A stretch of DNA of 64,000 bases from positions 77,500,001 to 77,564,000 of the forward strand of contig NC_043005.1 in assembly GCF_006345805.1 (NCBI RefSeq), read 5' to 3'. Below are positions 25,195-38,767 of the stretch, piece by piece (position 1 is the stretch's first letter; each line of letters begins with the position of its first letter). Made by a program: the position numbers and the translations under genes. The DNA comes from Octopus sinensis. Lineage: Eukaryota. The notes under the pieces are model-generated. The model did no database searches and was not told the origin of the DNA. It was given only the letters and a program-made list of their open reading frames with translations.

Positions 25195-25915
25195 GTTTCA
25201 AGTGTTGACACAAGGTCAGAAATGACAGAGGCTAGTCGATTACAGAGATACCAGTGCTCAATTGGTAATTATTTTATCGACCCTGAAAGGATGAAAGGCA
25301 AAGTCGACCTCGGCGGAATTTGAACTCAGAACATAGCGGCAGACGAAATACCGCTTAGCATTTCACCCAGCGTACAAACGTTTCTGCCAGCTCGCCACCT
25401 TCAAGTCGAAATAAATACCGCAAAGCAATGTTTCTCTGTGCTGTAACGACTCTGCCAGCTTGCCGTGCAAATAACACTAGAAATCTCATTTCATTAGCTA
25501 ATTAGGCTAACTGCTATTATTATATAAAACGTATTGCAATATGGTTCTTCTGGTGCATAGGGAATACAGTATTTACCAAAGTTTACTCGTGTTTCATATT
25601 TTGATATCCTGAGATTATCCGCCATAGTTTTCCAATTGTATTCTCACAATCATACAGTAAAAGCTGTCTTTGTTCATAATTTATCATAATAATATTTTGC
25701 TACCAAAATAATCGTCGAGCTGGCAGAAGCGTTAACACACCGGGCAAAATGCTTAGAGATAAACCGTCTGTCACTTTTCGTTCCGAGTTCAAATTCCGCC
25801 GAGGTCGACTTCGCCTTTTGGGGGTCGATAAAATAATTACCCGCGGAGCATTGGGATCGATGTAATCGGTTTACCCTACCCACTAAATTTCAGACCATGT
25901 GTAAAAATTTGAAAC
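25195..25915. mobile_element. Two SINE family A copies (25195-25400 minus, 25715-25915 plus)
   Basis: Family A head and core motifs. Confidence 0.85.
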
Positions 25916-26047
25916 TAATTTTTTCCAACAAAAGAACGGACAACTAGAACTTAAAAATTTACTGTTATCTTATCTTTATTGAAAGGACTTACTTGAGAAT
26001 TTAAGACCCACAGTAACCTTCAGTCATCAATTTTGATAGGAGCTGAT

Positions 26048-26147
26048 NNNNNNNNNNNNNNNNNNNNNNNNNNNNNNNNNNNNNNNNNNNNNNNNNNNNN
26101 NNNNNNNNNNNNNNNNNNNNNNNNNNNNNNNNNNNNNNNNNNNNNNN
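26048..26147. other. Assembly gap (100 N)
   Basis: Run of N. Confidence 1.
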
Positions 26148-26759
26148 ATATTAATATATATAAAAGCAAAACGCTTCCACACAGTTTCCGAGTAAAATTG
26201 AATGGTCGTTGGTGTGGCAGTTTAGGCCACACGGCAACACATTCAACAACAACACCAATAACAGTGTAAATTAGCATAGAATTATATATGTCTATATACT
26301 GAGTTCAGAGTTTGCCAGACTGATATTGCTGCTTATGAAAAAAAAAAGCTACAAGCTAATGAGACTAGTTCTAATTAGATTGTTATTAGTCGCCGCATTA
26401 ATTATGTTGTTGATTTTATGACTAATGTAATTAACAGCTTGTGTAATAACTTTCTTTTATAATAAACTAATTCGTCCTGTTATTTATGTACATCATTGTA
26501 CATCTATATAGTTCTCATTAATACTTCTGTAATTACTGTGAAGTTTTATACTTCACTGAGGAGGTTTCATAGGACAGAAATGTATCCAAAACTGTCTTCC
26601 GTACGTACTGAAATGATTATATGAATATTGACCATTTCCTCAACACGTAAATGTATTTCTTAAAAGATACGTGGCATTCACTACATTAAATATACTGACA
26701 CGAACATTAATTAAATACATTTACACTAACTTCACGTAATTCAAATATATCACAGTATA

Positions 26760-28010
26760 TAAACATTAATTATGACACAGAACAATTTTAATCTAATGCT
26801 GCTCCTGTTGAACATAAAGGATTTATATTCAGACATCCAGTGAATTGCAGCGTCAATGATTTTCCAATCATTGTTTTCCTATTTAGTGACAACGTATTTT
26901 GTTTAGTATTCAGTTACCAATGCGTGCATGCTACTGACAAAGACCAAAGAAGCGAGAATAAGTATCTAATATTCTCACCATCGCTGCTTGGCGATTTTCG
27001 TTTGTTTCTGATATGATTGTGTTACTTCAACACAGAACGTCTTCTAAAGTTATTATTCCCAGACGAATACCCCGTTGATTTGGTTTATCGTGATGTGTTT
27101 GCATTAAGTATGATACGCAGCTGGCTTTTTTAGTTTAATGCTGATTCTATTGCACACAATGGATTTTTATTCAGCCGGCCAGCTGAATACAACAACAGTA
27201 AGTCTTCAATTTTAGATGAGCAAAAAGATGTTCCTTACATTCTTACTACAAACTGGTGGGTGATATTCGTCTAATACTGATATATCTGTTACTTTAACAC
27301 AATACGCCCATAAGAGATATTATTTTTCAAATACTATCGTAGTTTAGTTTTCCGAGATGCATTTACATTAAATATGATACATCGCTGGCTATTTTAATCT
27401 AAAACTGATTCTGTTGCATATAACAGATTTTATTCAGCTGGCTGGCTAATTGCAACATCAGGGATTTTTTCAGTCGTTGTTTTCTTATATCAGTGATGGC
27501 GGATTTTGTCATAGCATTAGGTCACCAGTGAATACCTACTACTGACGAAGCCCAAAGTGGCAGAAATGTGCATTTAGCAATACAACCACCACCACAAAAC
27601 GATTTTCCTTTGCTACAGATATATTTTTGTATTTTTGAATACAGTACGTCCAAAAGATATATTATCGGTGGATGAATATCGCAGTTAATTTTTACTTTTA
27701 GTGTTGTACTTGCATTATGTATGATACACAAATGACTCTTTTAATCTAATATTCCTTCTCTTGCACATAATGAATTTTTGTTCAGCCAGCCGGCTAATTG
27801 CAGCACCAGTGATTTTTCAATTTTAGGGGCACGGAAATGCTCATCTAACTCTCAAAACCTATTATTACTGGGCGATTTTCGACTACAACTTGTCCATTGG
27901 CATTTTTAACACTGTACGTCCATTAGAGATGTTACCTCAGAATGAATACTGCAGTATGCTAACTTTCCACGCCGTATTTGCATTAAGTATGATACACAGC
28001 TGCCTATTCT
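26760..28010. repeat. Ancient degenerate tandem repeat with alternating long and short units
   Basis: Anchor CATTA(A/T)NTATGA(T/C)AC at 26764, 27102, 27366, 27713 and 27981 (spacings 338, 264, 347, 268). Confidence 0.85.
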
Positions 28011-30259
28011 AACATATACTGTTTGTAGCTTTAAATCTAATGTAATAAGGACCCAATATAATAATACATTCTAATCAATTAACTCGAAATATTAGCCGTG
28101 TTGACTAAGCAAGACATCATTGTATTGCACAATATGAAAACACTGCTCTGCTACAGTTTAATAATGTATAAAACACAGCACAATAGAACTTGCTTTTCAA
28201 TAAGACATATTGGCAAATAGGTTGCAGGATAAAGCTTCCATACAATATTATATATACATAAAGACTAATGTAAATGGGTAATATATGTGTTTTTGTGTTT
28301 CTATGTGCGGTTGCATAATGATGTATATGCTCATGCGTACATATATATATATATGTGTGTGTGTGGTGTGTGTGTGTGGTGTGTGTGTGTGTGTGGTGTG
28401 TGTGTGTGTGTGTATGTGTGTGTGTATATAATGCATATCTAGATAGATGTAATATAATTTATATGTTGCAAGCTAGATAATAGATATATATATATATCTA
28501 TACATGCACAGCTCTATAATATATATGTATGTATATGTATATTTATTCATATATATGCATATATACGAATATATGTGTAAATAAATACAAAAATATGTAT
28601 ATAAAAATATGTATGCATATGTATATGTCCACTAAAGCAATTAGCATTATTTGTACAACTGTGCGCATGGGTGCATATTTATATATACATTCATATGTGT
28701 GTGTGTATATATATATATATACGTATATAGGTATGTATATAGACAGATAGACATGATTATATACATCTATATATATAGATTTACATTTATACATGCATTT
28801 ATATATACAGGCGCACTAACACACGTACATACACAAACATAGTTAAATACCTTGGACTATATACAGATGTATATAAAAGCATGCACATAAATGTGCATAT
28901 ATATATACATACATACAGAGGATTAGATAGAAAGATAGATAGATGGATTGATTGATAAATAGATAGGCATGCATATATATATGTAGCAAATCAGATATGT
29001 TTACATAAATATATACATATACAAATGTATTCATACATGCATTCATACATATATATATTATTATATATATATATCTATAGATATATATATATTATACATA
29101 CATACATACATACATGCATACATACATGCATACATACATACATACATACACACATACATACATACATACATACATACATACATACATACATGCATATACG
29201 TGCTCACAAAGATACATATACTCTTAATGCATAGCTGCTATTTGACTAAAATGATTCGGAATGCAGGGTAGAGAATACGGGGTAGAGAATACGGGTGGTT
29301 TATGGCGAACGTGATCATGATAACCAATTCCATTATGATAAACATGACATCAGCTTCTGCAGTATTGATTCCATCGACAGTAATCAAATTGATTTTGCCG
29401 TCGTGATGAAAAATGTTGGAACTGGTTAATTTGATGTTTACCATTCTATTAATACCACTGTTAATACCCGAAACCAGATAGGGTGCCTTCATCGGGTAGT
29501 TCGACATGGTATAAATAATCACTAAAATACCCTCAAATTACATTCTCCCAGTTAAGTAATTCTTCCGGATTTTTGTGCAAGGCCGGCAATTTTAAGAGAA
29601 GAAAGCAAGTCGATTTCATAGATCCCAGTACTTGACTGGTACTGGTACTGTATTTTATCCACAAATAAAGACCCCCTTTGGTGATGAATGACCATGGGAT
29701 TGCACCTAGAAAGTTCTCTTCCGAGGCACAAGTCCGGTCAAGGTTGTTTATAGAAAACGAGCAGTCACCCATTCATAACAGTCTCCCCTCTCCACGCCAC
29801 TGATGTTGTCCAAGGAAAGGCAAAGGGGCCGATACAGCTTGCCACCAGTGACGTCGCAGCTCATTTCTAGAGTTTAGTGAACTGTCGCAACATGAAATAA
29901 AGTGTCTTGCTCAAGAACACAACACACAGCTCGATCCGGGGGTGGAAGTCACAAACGTACGATTCTATGCTCGACGCTTTAACCAATGAGCCATAACTTC
30001 ACTATCTACAAATAATATAATGCCTTACATTATTTAATCACCGTGAAATATTTTTGTTAACTATCTAAATAAAAATTTTCCCTACAAAGATGAAATGAAC
30101 GTTAAAATTTCATCCACGTGTCAGTCATTTGCAATGAGTGGATGACATCAAAATCATAGCAGTAGTGAGCCACCCTGGTGGCCGATCGTGGTTACACAAA
30201 GCTTCTCAATTAGAAATATGAGGTTTAGATTTTCTGAAGCAATAACTTTTACAGTTGAT

Positions 30260-30590
30260 ATGAATAAAGATAAATTTGAGATACTGTATTCCCATAATGC
30301 AGTTTATTTACGGTAAATTTATGGTTTCAGATTTTGTTCTGGTATATTGTCACAATAATGTATTTATTTGCACAGAATCCTACATTTTCCTCAACAAAAC
30401 CACTTAAAAATATCATGCAAACTGTCTACGATGAAGCATAGTAAATTTGTTGAAATGCGGTACTCCCACAGCGTAGTTTATTTAAGATAAATTTATCGCT
30501 TCATACTTTATTCCCGCATAATCTCACAATTTTGTATTTACATTCGCAGAATCATATATTTTCCCCGACGGAAACACTAAAATATCTTTA
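30260..30590. repeat. Diverged ~175-bp tandem duplication
   Basis: AGTTTATTTA..TAAATTTAT..TCACAAT..TGTATTTA..CAGAATC..AAAATATC occurs twice. Confidence 0.75.
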
Positions 30591-31207
30591 TCTTTTATCT
30601 CTTATGTTTCATTAATGTTTCGGCCATACTGGGGCACCACCTTGAAGTATTTTTAGTCAAATGAATCGATCCCAGTACTGTTATTGACTTTTTTTATATT
30701 TTAAGCTTGGTATTTATTCTATCGGTCTGCTAAATTATGGAGACGAAAACAAACTAATACCGGTTGTCAAGCGGTGGTGTGAGACAAACACACACACATA
30801 CATACATATACACACTGACACATACACGCAGACACAGACACACACACACAAACATATGTGCGTTGGGTGGGTGTGTGTGTATAAATATACACGACGGGCT
30901 TCTTTCAGTTTCCGTCTGCCTAATCCACTCACAAAGATTTGATCGTTCCGATGATATAATAGAAGACACTTGCCCAATCTCACCACACAGCCTCACCTGC
31001 GCCTCCTTTATTCTCTTTCTCTCTTTCTCTTTTACTTGTTTCAGTCATTTGACTGCGGCCATGCTGGAGCACCGCCTTTAGTCGAGCAATTCGACCCCAG
31101 GACCTATTCTTCGGAAGCCTAGTACTTATTCTATCGCTCTTTTGCCGAACCGCTAAGTTACGGGAACGTAAATACAGACAGACAAACATATACATACATA
31201 CAATACA

Positions 31208-31248
<41 letters not shown>

Positions 31249-31370
31249 TACGACGGACTTCTTTAAATTTCCGTCTACCAAATCCACTCAGAAGGATTTG
31301 GTCGGCCTGAGGCTATAGTAGAAGACACCTGCCCACGGTGCCATGCAGTAGGAATGAACTCGAAACCATG
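30590..31370 (-). mobile_element. Two SINE family B copies
   Basis: Reverse-complement family B tail and body. Confidence 0.85.
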
Positions 31371-32650
31371 AAACATATTAAATTCGTTCTCTCCATAAAA
31401 TATGCTTGCAAAACATATAATAAACGTTTAATGCACGAATGCTTCTCGTACGCCCACAAATATTTCTAGCTGTTTGTTTATATCAGTGTTTATGTGGCAA
31501 TTTCGTTAGTAATTTGTGAAATGATGGTGTTATTTTTTTCGCTAGATTTAGGTAGAGTGCTAATGGCAGTAGAGATGGTGATGGCGGTGATGGTAGCTGT
31601 AATGGCGTTATTGTTCTGGTAGCATTTCTGTTGGTTGATTGTGTGACAATTGGTCGTGCTTTGGATTGTTTTCTGTCCTTGGTAATGGTCATATTGGTGG
31701 TGGTGGTGGTGGTGGTGGTGGTGGTGGTAGTAGTGGCGGTGGCGGCGGCGGCGTTGGTGTTTTGAGCAGTATTTTATGTTCGTTGTCTCAGAAAGCGATA
31801 CCTTCATTGAATGTTTTCGTTTGTTATTGTTGTTGTTATTGGTGCTAAGGATAGGGGCGGCAACAATGGCGACGGTAGTGGTGGTAGTGGTGGTAGCGGT
31901 TATTGTGTTGGTAGCGTCGACGGTGGCGGTGGCGGTGGCGTTAACGGCGATGGCGATGGTGGCTATGTTGGTAAAAGTGACGGCAGGGGTGGCGGGTGGG
32001 GAGATGACGCCAGCGGTAGTGGTGGTGATGGTGGCAACACTAAGGAGGTGGGGTACTAGTGGTAGTGGAGTCTGGTAGTCTTTCTCAGCTCTGGTGAAGC
32101 AGGTCTTAGATCTTATTGAAATTTTGGCACAAGGCCAACAATCTCGGTCGAATACATCGACCCCAGTTCTCTGTTGGTTCTTATTTTATCGACCCCGAGA
32201 GAACGAAAGATAGAATCAACCTCAGCCGAATTTGAAGACGAAACGCTGTTAAGCATTTTGCCCGTTGTGCTAACGATTCAGCCAAGCTCGCCACCTTTTG
32301 TCAGGGAAATATATTGATTTCAAATTTTGGCACAAGGCCAGCAAGTTGAAAGGAGGGGGCTAGTCGATTGCATCGGCCCCAGTACCAAACTGGTATTTAT
32401 TGTATCGACCACGACAGGATAAAAAGGCAAAGATCGACTCTAGTACTTATTCTTTGTAAGCCTAGTACTTATTATATCGGTCTCTTTTTGCCGAACCGCT
32501 AAGTTACAGGAACGCAAACACACCAGCATCGGTTGTCAAGCGATGTTGGGGGGACAAGCACAGACACACAAACATATACACACATATACATATATATAAG
32601 CAATAATAAATCTCTGAACAAGGTATAAATATATATATATATATATATAT

Positions 32651-34604
32651 AGTAAGGAAAAAATTTTTTTTAAATGCAGAATGCTCAAATGAAAGAAAAT
32701 TTTAATAAAATGAGAAAATGATAAAATATATAAATATATATTTATTCAACGGTTTTCGTCCTTGTATGACTTGTCAAGAAATTTATGTTTTAAGAAGTTA
32801 TTTTAAAAATTAGAAGGGGAAAAAAAGAAATTGCATTGTTTTTTTGTAAAAGATAATGATAAAAATGTACAAAAATTAAAAAATAAGTTCTCCGATACAT
32901 TGTGAGTTCGTTGTGTATCTTGAGTTTTATGGTTGTTTACCAAAAAATTACCTTGAGGTGTTAAGATCCAAAGGGATTAAGAGCATGTGATGTGTTGTGT
33001 TGTTAAATTCAGCATGTTGCAGGACAGGAAGTAGTAGTAATTGTGGTCCTGGTTCTTCAGTTCCTGTGTTGTGGGTAAGGGGAGACAACTCTTTTGAGTA
33101 TGGAATAAAACGCGCCAAAGAACTAGACAACACTACACTGAAAACCACCCAACCTAACACCACACACAACCTCAAAATACTTCCATACATTTCCACCCAC
33201 AACCCCAAAAATATCGAAGCATACACCACAATCATACAAAACCTCAGTCACTGTCAACAGACCCAAAAATGCAAAAAAACATTATAAATACACACAAAAT
33301 CCTCAAATGCAAAAGGCCAACACAAATCTTTAAAAAAACTCTTGACAAATGCCAAACTTCACACACCACATCCACCCCCAACAGTAAAAAAATGTGCACG
33401 CTCAAACTGGTGGTACCTGCCCCTTTCTACTTGAAGGCTCTGAATTTACCTTCAAACAAGGTACGAAGTTTTAAATCAAGACTAACTTCTCCTGTTCCTC
33501 CGAGAACCTTATCTACGTCCTCACATGCGCTGGTGGCCAACATAATTATGTGGACAAACGAGCGTCTCCCGTTACGTAAACGAGTAACGGTGCATAAAGA
33601 ACAAATAAATCTCCCGGAATACCGACAAATTCCACTGAGTGACCACTTAGACTCATGTGCTAAAGACTTAAACCCCAAATTCTATATATTCCCCTTCTAC
33701 CAATGTAAAGACGGGATCACCACACAGGAGAGAATTAACAAGGAGAATCTCTTTATTGAAAAATTCCAAACACAACTTAATATGCAAACTCCTCGTTGAT
33801 CAACTTCCTTTCTCTACCTCACTCTTCATGGATGGACTAACACAAAATATAAAGATACCATGCATTCATCACTTCAAGCTAAAACTTATATTCTTTAAAT
33901 ATCATTTTTACTATTGTTGTTATTACTATCATTTTTATATAAATGATATGACAATTTGAAATGCAATTGTCTATGCAGATTTATATTATTAGAAAATAAT
34001 ATAAATAAAGTGTTAAAATCTGAAAGTTAAGTTAACAAGCAATTATATAAAAAAGATAATGCAAATGAAGCTAAAATGATAGTTTTATAATTTGGGTTTT
34101 ATTGAAGAACTCAAAAGAGTTGTCTCCCCTTACCCACAACACAGGAACTGAAGAACCAGGACCACAATTACTCTACTTCCTGTCCTGCAACATGCTGAAT
34201 TTAAACACACAACACATCACATGCTCTTAATCCCTTTGGATCTTAACACCTCAAGGTAATTTTTTGGTAAAACAACCATAAACTCAAGATACACAACGAA
34301 CTCACAATGTATCGGAGAACTTATTTTTAATTTTTGTACATTTTTATCATTATTCTTTTACAAAAAACAATGCAATTTTCTTTTTTTCCCCTTTCTAATT
34401 TTTAAAATAACTTCTTAAACATAAATATTCTTGACAAGTCATACAAGGACGAAAACCGGTTGAATAAATATATATTATATATTTTATCATTTTCTCATTT
34501 TATTAAAATTTTCTTTCATTTGAGCATTCTGCATTTTTAAAAAAATTTTTCCTTACTTATCATTCTCCACGCGCGGTCACACACAACCCCACCATTTAGT
34601 GATC
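32651..34604 (+). mobile_element. 5'-truncated Neptune-type Penelope-like retroelement with inverted pseudo-LTR, inserted in the internal (TA)n of a family B SINE
   Basis: Frameshifted KCARSN(C)GTCPF zinc linker and NFSCSSENLIYVLTC...NYV(G)QT...LRKRVTVHKEQI...KENLFIEKFQTQLN GIY-YIG (~33385-33790); arms 32651-33099 and 34109-34557 are inverted; 3' tail 34558-34604; SINE halves at 32432-32600 and 34680-34746. Confidence 0.92.
34426..34466 (+). ncRNA. Non-canonical minimal hammerhead motif (U3-A8); inverted copy at 32743-32781
   Basis: TATTC-TTGACAA-GTC-ATACAAG-GAC-GAAA-ACCGGT-T-GAATA within the pLTR. Confidence 0.65.
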
Positions 34605-34619
34605 TATATATATATAATA

Positions 34620-34683
<64 letters not shown>

Positions 34684-35133
34684 TATATACGACGGGTTCT
34701 TTCAGTTTCCGTCTACAAAATCCACTCACAAGGCTTTGGTCGGCCCTGTTGTACTCTTTCGCCCCAACTTTCTCTCACTCTCTCTTCCTGTTTCTTGAGT
34801 AACGCTGCGATGGACTGGCATCCCGTCCAGCTGGGGTGGGGGGAACACATACGCCACAAAAACCCGTAAACCGGGCCCATGAGCCTGGCTAGGCTTGAAA
34901 AAGGGCGCTTAAAATTTTTTTTTAATTAAGTAAGCATCAGTGGAATTTGGACACAGAACAAAAGGAGGCAGAATAAATATTGTTAAGCACTTTGTCCTCC
35001 ATGCTAACGATTCGCGAGCTCGCTACCTTACTTCAAGCCACTAATCCTTTTCTACTGTAGGCACATGGCCCGAAATTTGGGGTAATTATGTCAATCCAGT
35101 GTTCAACTAGTATATATATTTCATCGAACCTTG

Positions 35134-35503
35134 TGGAGGCGCAATGGCCCAGTGGTTAGGGCAGCGCACTCGCGGTCATAGGATCGCGGTTTCGATTCCC
35201 AGACCGGGCGTTGTGAGTGTTTATTGAGCGAAAACACCTAAAGCTCCACGACGCTCCGGCAGGGGGTGGTGATGATCCCTGCTGTACTCTTTCACCACAA
35301 CTTTCTCTCACTCTTACTTCCTGTTTCTGTTGTACCTGTATTTCAAAGGGCCGGCCTTGTCACTCTCTGTGTCACGCTGAATATCTCCGAGAACTACGTT
35401 AAGGCTACACGTGTCTGTGGAGTACACGTTAATTTCACGAGCAGGCTGTTCCGTTGATTCGGATCAACCGGAACCCTCGTCGTCGTAACCGACGGAGTGC
35501 TTC
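35134..35503 (+). mobile_element. SINE family C nested in a family A copy
   Basis: Full head to tail; imperfect TSD ATTTCATCGAACCT / ATTTCATAGAACCT. Confidence 0.92.
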
Positions 35504-35874
35504 AATTCATTTCATAGAACCTCGAAAGGGATGAAATGCAATCCACCTTACTGAATTTGAACTCAGAACGTAAAGGGTCAAAAGAAATACCGTTAAGTGC
35601 TTTGTCCGACTTGCTAACAATTTGACCAGCTCACCTTTTTTTTTTTTTTTTGAAGCAATTAATGAATATAAATTGTAACGTGTCAAATCTAAATTAGTGA
35701 GTGAAATAGTTGTTATTCAGCTCACTGAATCATAAAATCTCAAATATATCTCATTAAAATGTTCATATCTGCTAATTAAACTTGTTAAGAAATTACATCT
35801 CAGTATGTTCGTTTAATTTTTGCGTGTATTTATTTTTCAAAATTTTAGATAGAAAATGGTAACCTAGAATATAT

Positions 35875-36160
35875 ATTGTTATACTTTGCGAGATATTATA
35901 AAATTATTAAAATACATGCAGTGGTTGAAGTTTGCTTCGGTTTTATATTCTTAGTTAATTAGATAATTACTTAATTACTTGGTTAATTGCTTTGTCAAAG
36001 TTGAAAAGCAGTGGCGAAAGAACATGCTATTTGATCGATTAATTAAATTGTTTGCTAATTAATTAGCTAATTATCTAATTAATTTATAATAAAACTGAAG
36101 TGAAATACAACCAATGCGAGTGTTTTAATTGGCAGTGTGGCCCTCCAAATTGCAACAACT
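35875..36160. mobile_element. Palindromic MITE-like element
   Basis: GCAGTGGTTGAAGTTTGCTTCGGTTTTAT..TTAATTAGATAATTA is mirrored by TAATTATCTAATTAA..ATAAAACTGAAGTGAAATACAACCAATGC. Confidence 0.65.
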
Positions 36161-37154
36161 TCTCTCCGTTTATCATTGAAATGAATAAATGAACAGATAA
36201 TTTATGATATTAGCATAAACTGTAATTTATACATATAAATTCATTGGAAATAAGGCAAGCAGATTCACAATACTTCCGGTAAACTGACTTCCTTTAAAAA
36301 TATGACAAATTATTCATAACGGAATATATACTATGTGTATGCATTGGACGACAATTCAAAAATATGTTACGCATTTGAAAAATCAACAAACATAATGGCA
36401 GTGTTCCGGTCCAAAGGCCACAGCCTTTGGACCGGAACACGTATAGGAATAAAGGAATATAACGATACGGATGTGGTGAAGAAATGTGCTTTGTAACAAG
36501 GTGATAATGAGTTCGAATCTATTGCACAGCACATTGTTTAAGCGGATTTTACTATAGTCAAGTGAAAGTTCGTGGCTTAGTGGTTAGGACGTTGCACTTA
36601 CGATCGTGAGATTGTGGTTTCGATTACCGAACCAGGCGGTGCCTTGTGACCTTGAGCAAAACACCTCGCTTCACGTGGCTGTGTGATCATTTCGCCATCT
36701 GACATGCTCCTGCATATGCAATGTCAAAGTGATGGAGGAAGCCAGCTAATATACAACACGAACATTTGATCATTATCAACAAGTCTACTGGAACTCTCAT
36801 CTGTCGTTTACGACTGGAGTGTCTAGGATAACAGGGGTATCCAATGTCTACGAAATGAAATTTTGTTGAACGAAAACTGTTTGTATGTCAACCCGATGGA
36901 CTATACATGTATTCGAGTGGTGTACTTAATTCGTTCTTTATTTTAAAACACCGCCTAATTCTTTCTCCCTACCGGAACTCATTATATTAGAAGCATTCGG
37001 ACCAAATTTCCGTTCTGAGGATAAAATATTCATCAATTTCTACATACTATTCCTCTAACATACAGGGCCGTTTTGCAAAACAATCAAGGGCGACCACTCT
37101 TTCTTACTACAACTGGGAGAATTAGGCCGTTGGGGCTCTATATTTTCGTCAAAA

Positions 37155-37926
37155 TATTGGATTATCAGCTAAACTGGATCGCTTCTTTCCAATGTTATTT
37201 GAATAAACACGAAATTTATTTTTGCTGTAATACTTTGTTTTTCTTTATAATTCTGTTTTCCCTCTACAACTTTTTGTTCATTGTTTTTAAAATTTCAATA
37301 AATTTTACTTCTTTTCCGGCATATGACGATCGAATGTAAAGTAGGAAAATGTGAACACCTTAGATATTTGGTTGTCTTTTCTTCCAATCAAGATTCCAGA
37401 CAAATGTCTGGAGCTGCCAAAGCCGCTCCAGACATTTGTGCTGTGTACAAAGAAGGGACTATTGCTGAAAGATCTACACAGAAATGGTTTTCACACTTCA
37501 ATTAGGAGAAATTCGACCTCATTTTCTGCGTTCCGGTCAACTTGTCCCGTTCACTGAGGATCGACTGAACGAGATCATCCATAAGAATCTGCGTTAGTTT
37601 ATTTGGAAACTGGCCAAGAAAATAATATGGTCGCATGATACTGTTACCCATCACCTCCACTCAATGGATGAGGCCGAAACAACCCAACCGACGGCAGAAC
37701 ATACTTCTTCAACATGACAACGGTTGCCCAACGTCGCTAGTTTGACCAAAATCGCTATTCAAAAGCTTGGTTGGGAAGTTCTATCGCACCCGCCGTATTC
37801 TCTTGATATAGGGCTTTCGCATTGTCACCTTTTCAGACAAACTAGCGTTGACAAGAAGTTGTGAGCAATCAATAATGTATTACTAAATGGTAAAAAAGAC
37901 CAATAAATTTGACGAACAACCCAATA
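37155..37926 (+). mobile_element. Internally deleted fossil mariner transposon
   Basis: AAKAAPDICAVYKEGTIAERSTQKWF (HTH); LLQHDN..P and IQKLGWEVLSHPPYSLD (mariner HDNA and YSPDLAP motifs); terminal ACAACCCAATA. Confidence 0.9.
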
Positions 37927-37931
37927 CAATA

Positions 37932-38191
37932 CAGTGATCCCTCGCTACTTCGCGGTTCAACTATCTCGGATTCACGACTTCACGGATTTTTTAAAGATAT
38001 ATATATATATATATATAAACATATATATATAAACTACTGTAATGGATGGGTTGTTAACAGTACAGGGAGGGTTTTAAAAGTCCAAATACACGTTAAATAA
38101 ATACTGTAAACATGGTGTCCCTACTTCACGGAAATTCAGTTATCGCGGCCGGTCTTGGAACCAATCTACCGCGATAAACGAATGATCACTG
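37932..38191. mobile_element. pogo/Tigger-like MITE
   Basis: TA|CAGTGATCCCTCGCTACTTCGCGG ... CCGCGATAAACGAATGATCACTG|TA. Confidence 0.85.
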
Positions 38192-38767
38192 TAGTTATAT
38201 TTATTAGTTATGTAAACACCACATGGCCAATGATGGTGGTGGTTTCTCTTATTCCGAGAAGGATGATTCTACAATTTCTTAATGAGCGACCTACATAAAT
38301 GATTTGTTAGTAGAGATCAAATTTATGCATTGCAAGCTCCGTCCATCAAATCGATGTTACCTGAACAGGTGCGTGGTGTAACATACGTCATGTGTTGAAG
38401 TGATCGCAGAGCAGCGTGAAACGAAGTGTTTTGCTCAAGAACACAACCACTGCTCGGTCTAGGGACTGAAATTACGATCTCGCGAACGTTAGTGTAACAC
38501 CCTTACCGCTAGGCCATCCGCCTTCACATATACAGCCAATAGCACAATATGATCCACTGAACTGTTTTGTGTTTTGTTTTGTTGTTTTTTTTTGTTTGTT
38601 TGGTTTTCTTTTTGCTTTTTTTGTTTATTGCTGTCTAAACAGTCATCGTCATGGCCAATTAAAACTATTCTTATTGGATTTGGCTGATAATTTATTTTAA
38701 ATTATTCAGCCTAATTTGACAAAGTACTAAGAGATAAAACCTAGTGTATTGCTTGCGTAAATTATAT

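Noticed and set aside
26556-26587. Additional hammerhead-like remnants (also 20570-20607 and 42820-42875)
   Set aside because: Only partial cores; the helices are too decayed to call
26820-26880. Hemopexin-like peptide IIDAAIHW on the minus strand of the higher-order repeat
   Set aside because: Not conserved in the other units, which have stops in the same frame
30165-30185. CTCF-like site GGCCACCAGGGTGGC
   Set aside because: One extra base breaks the spacing of the core consensus
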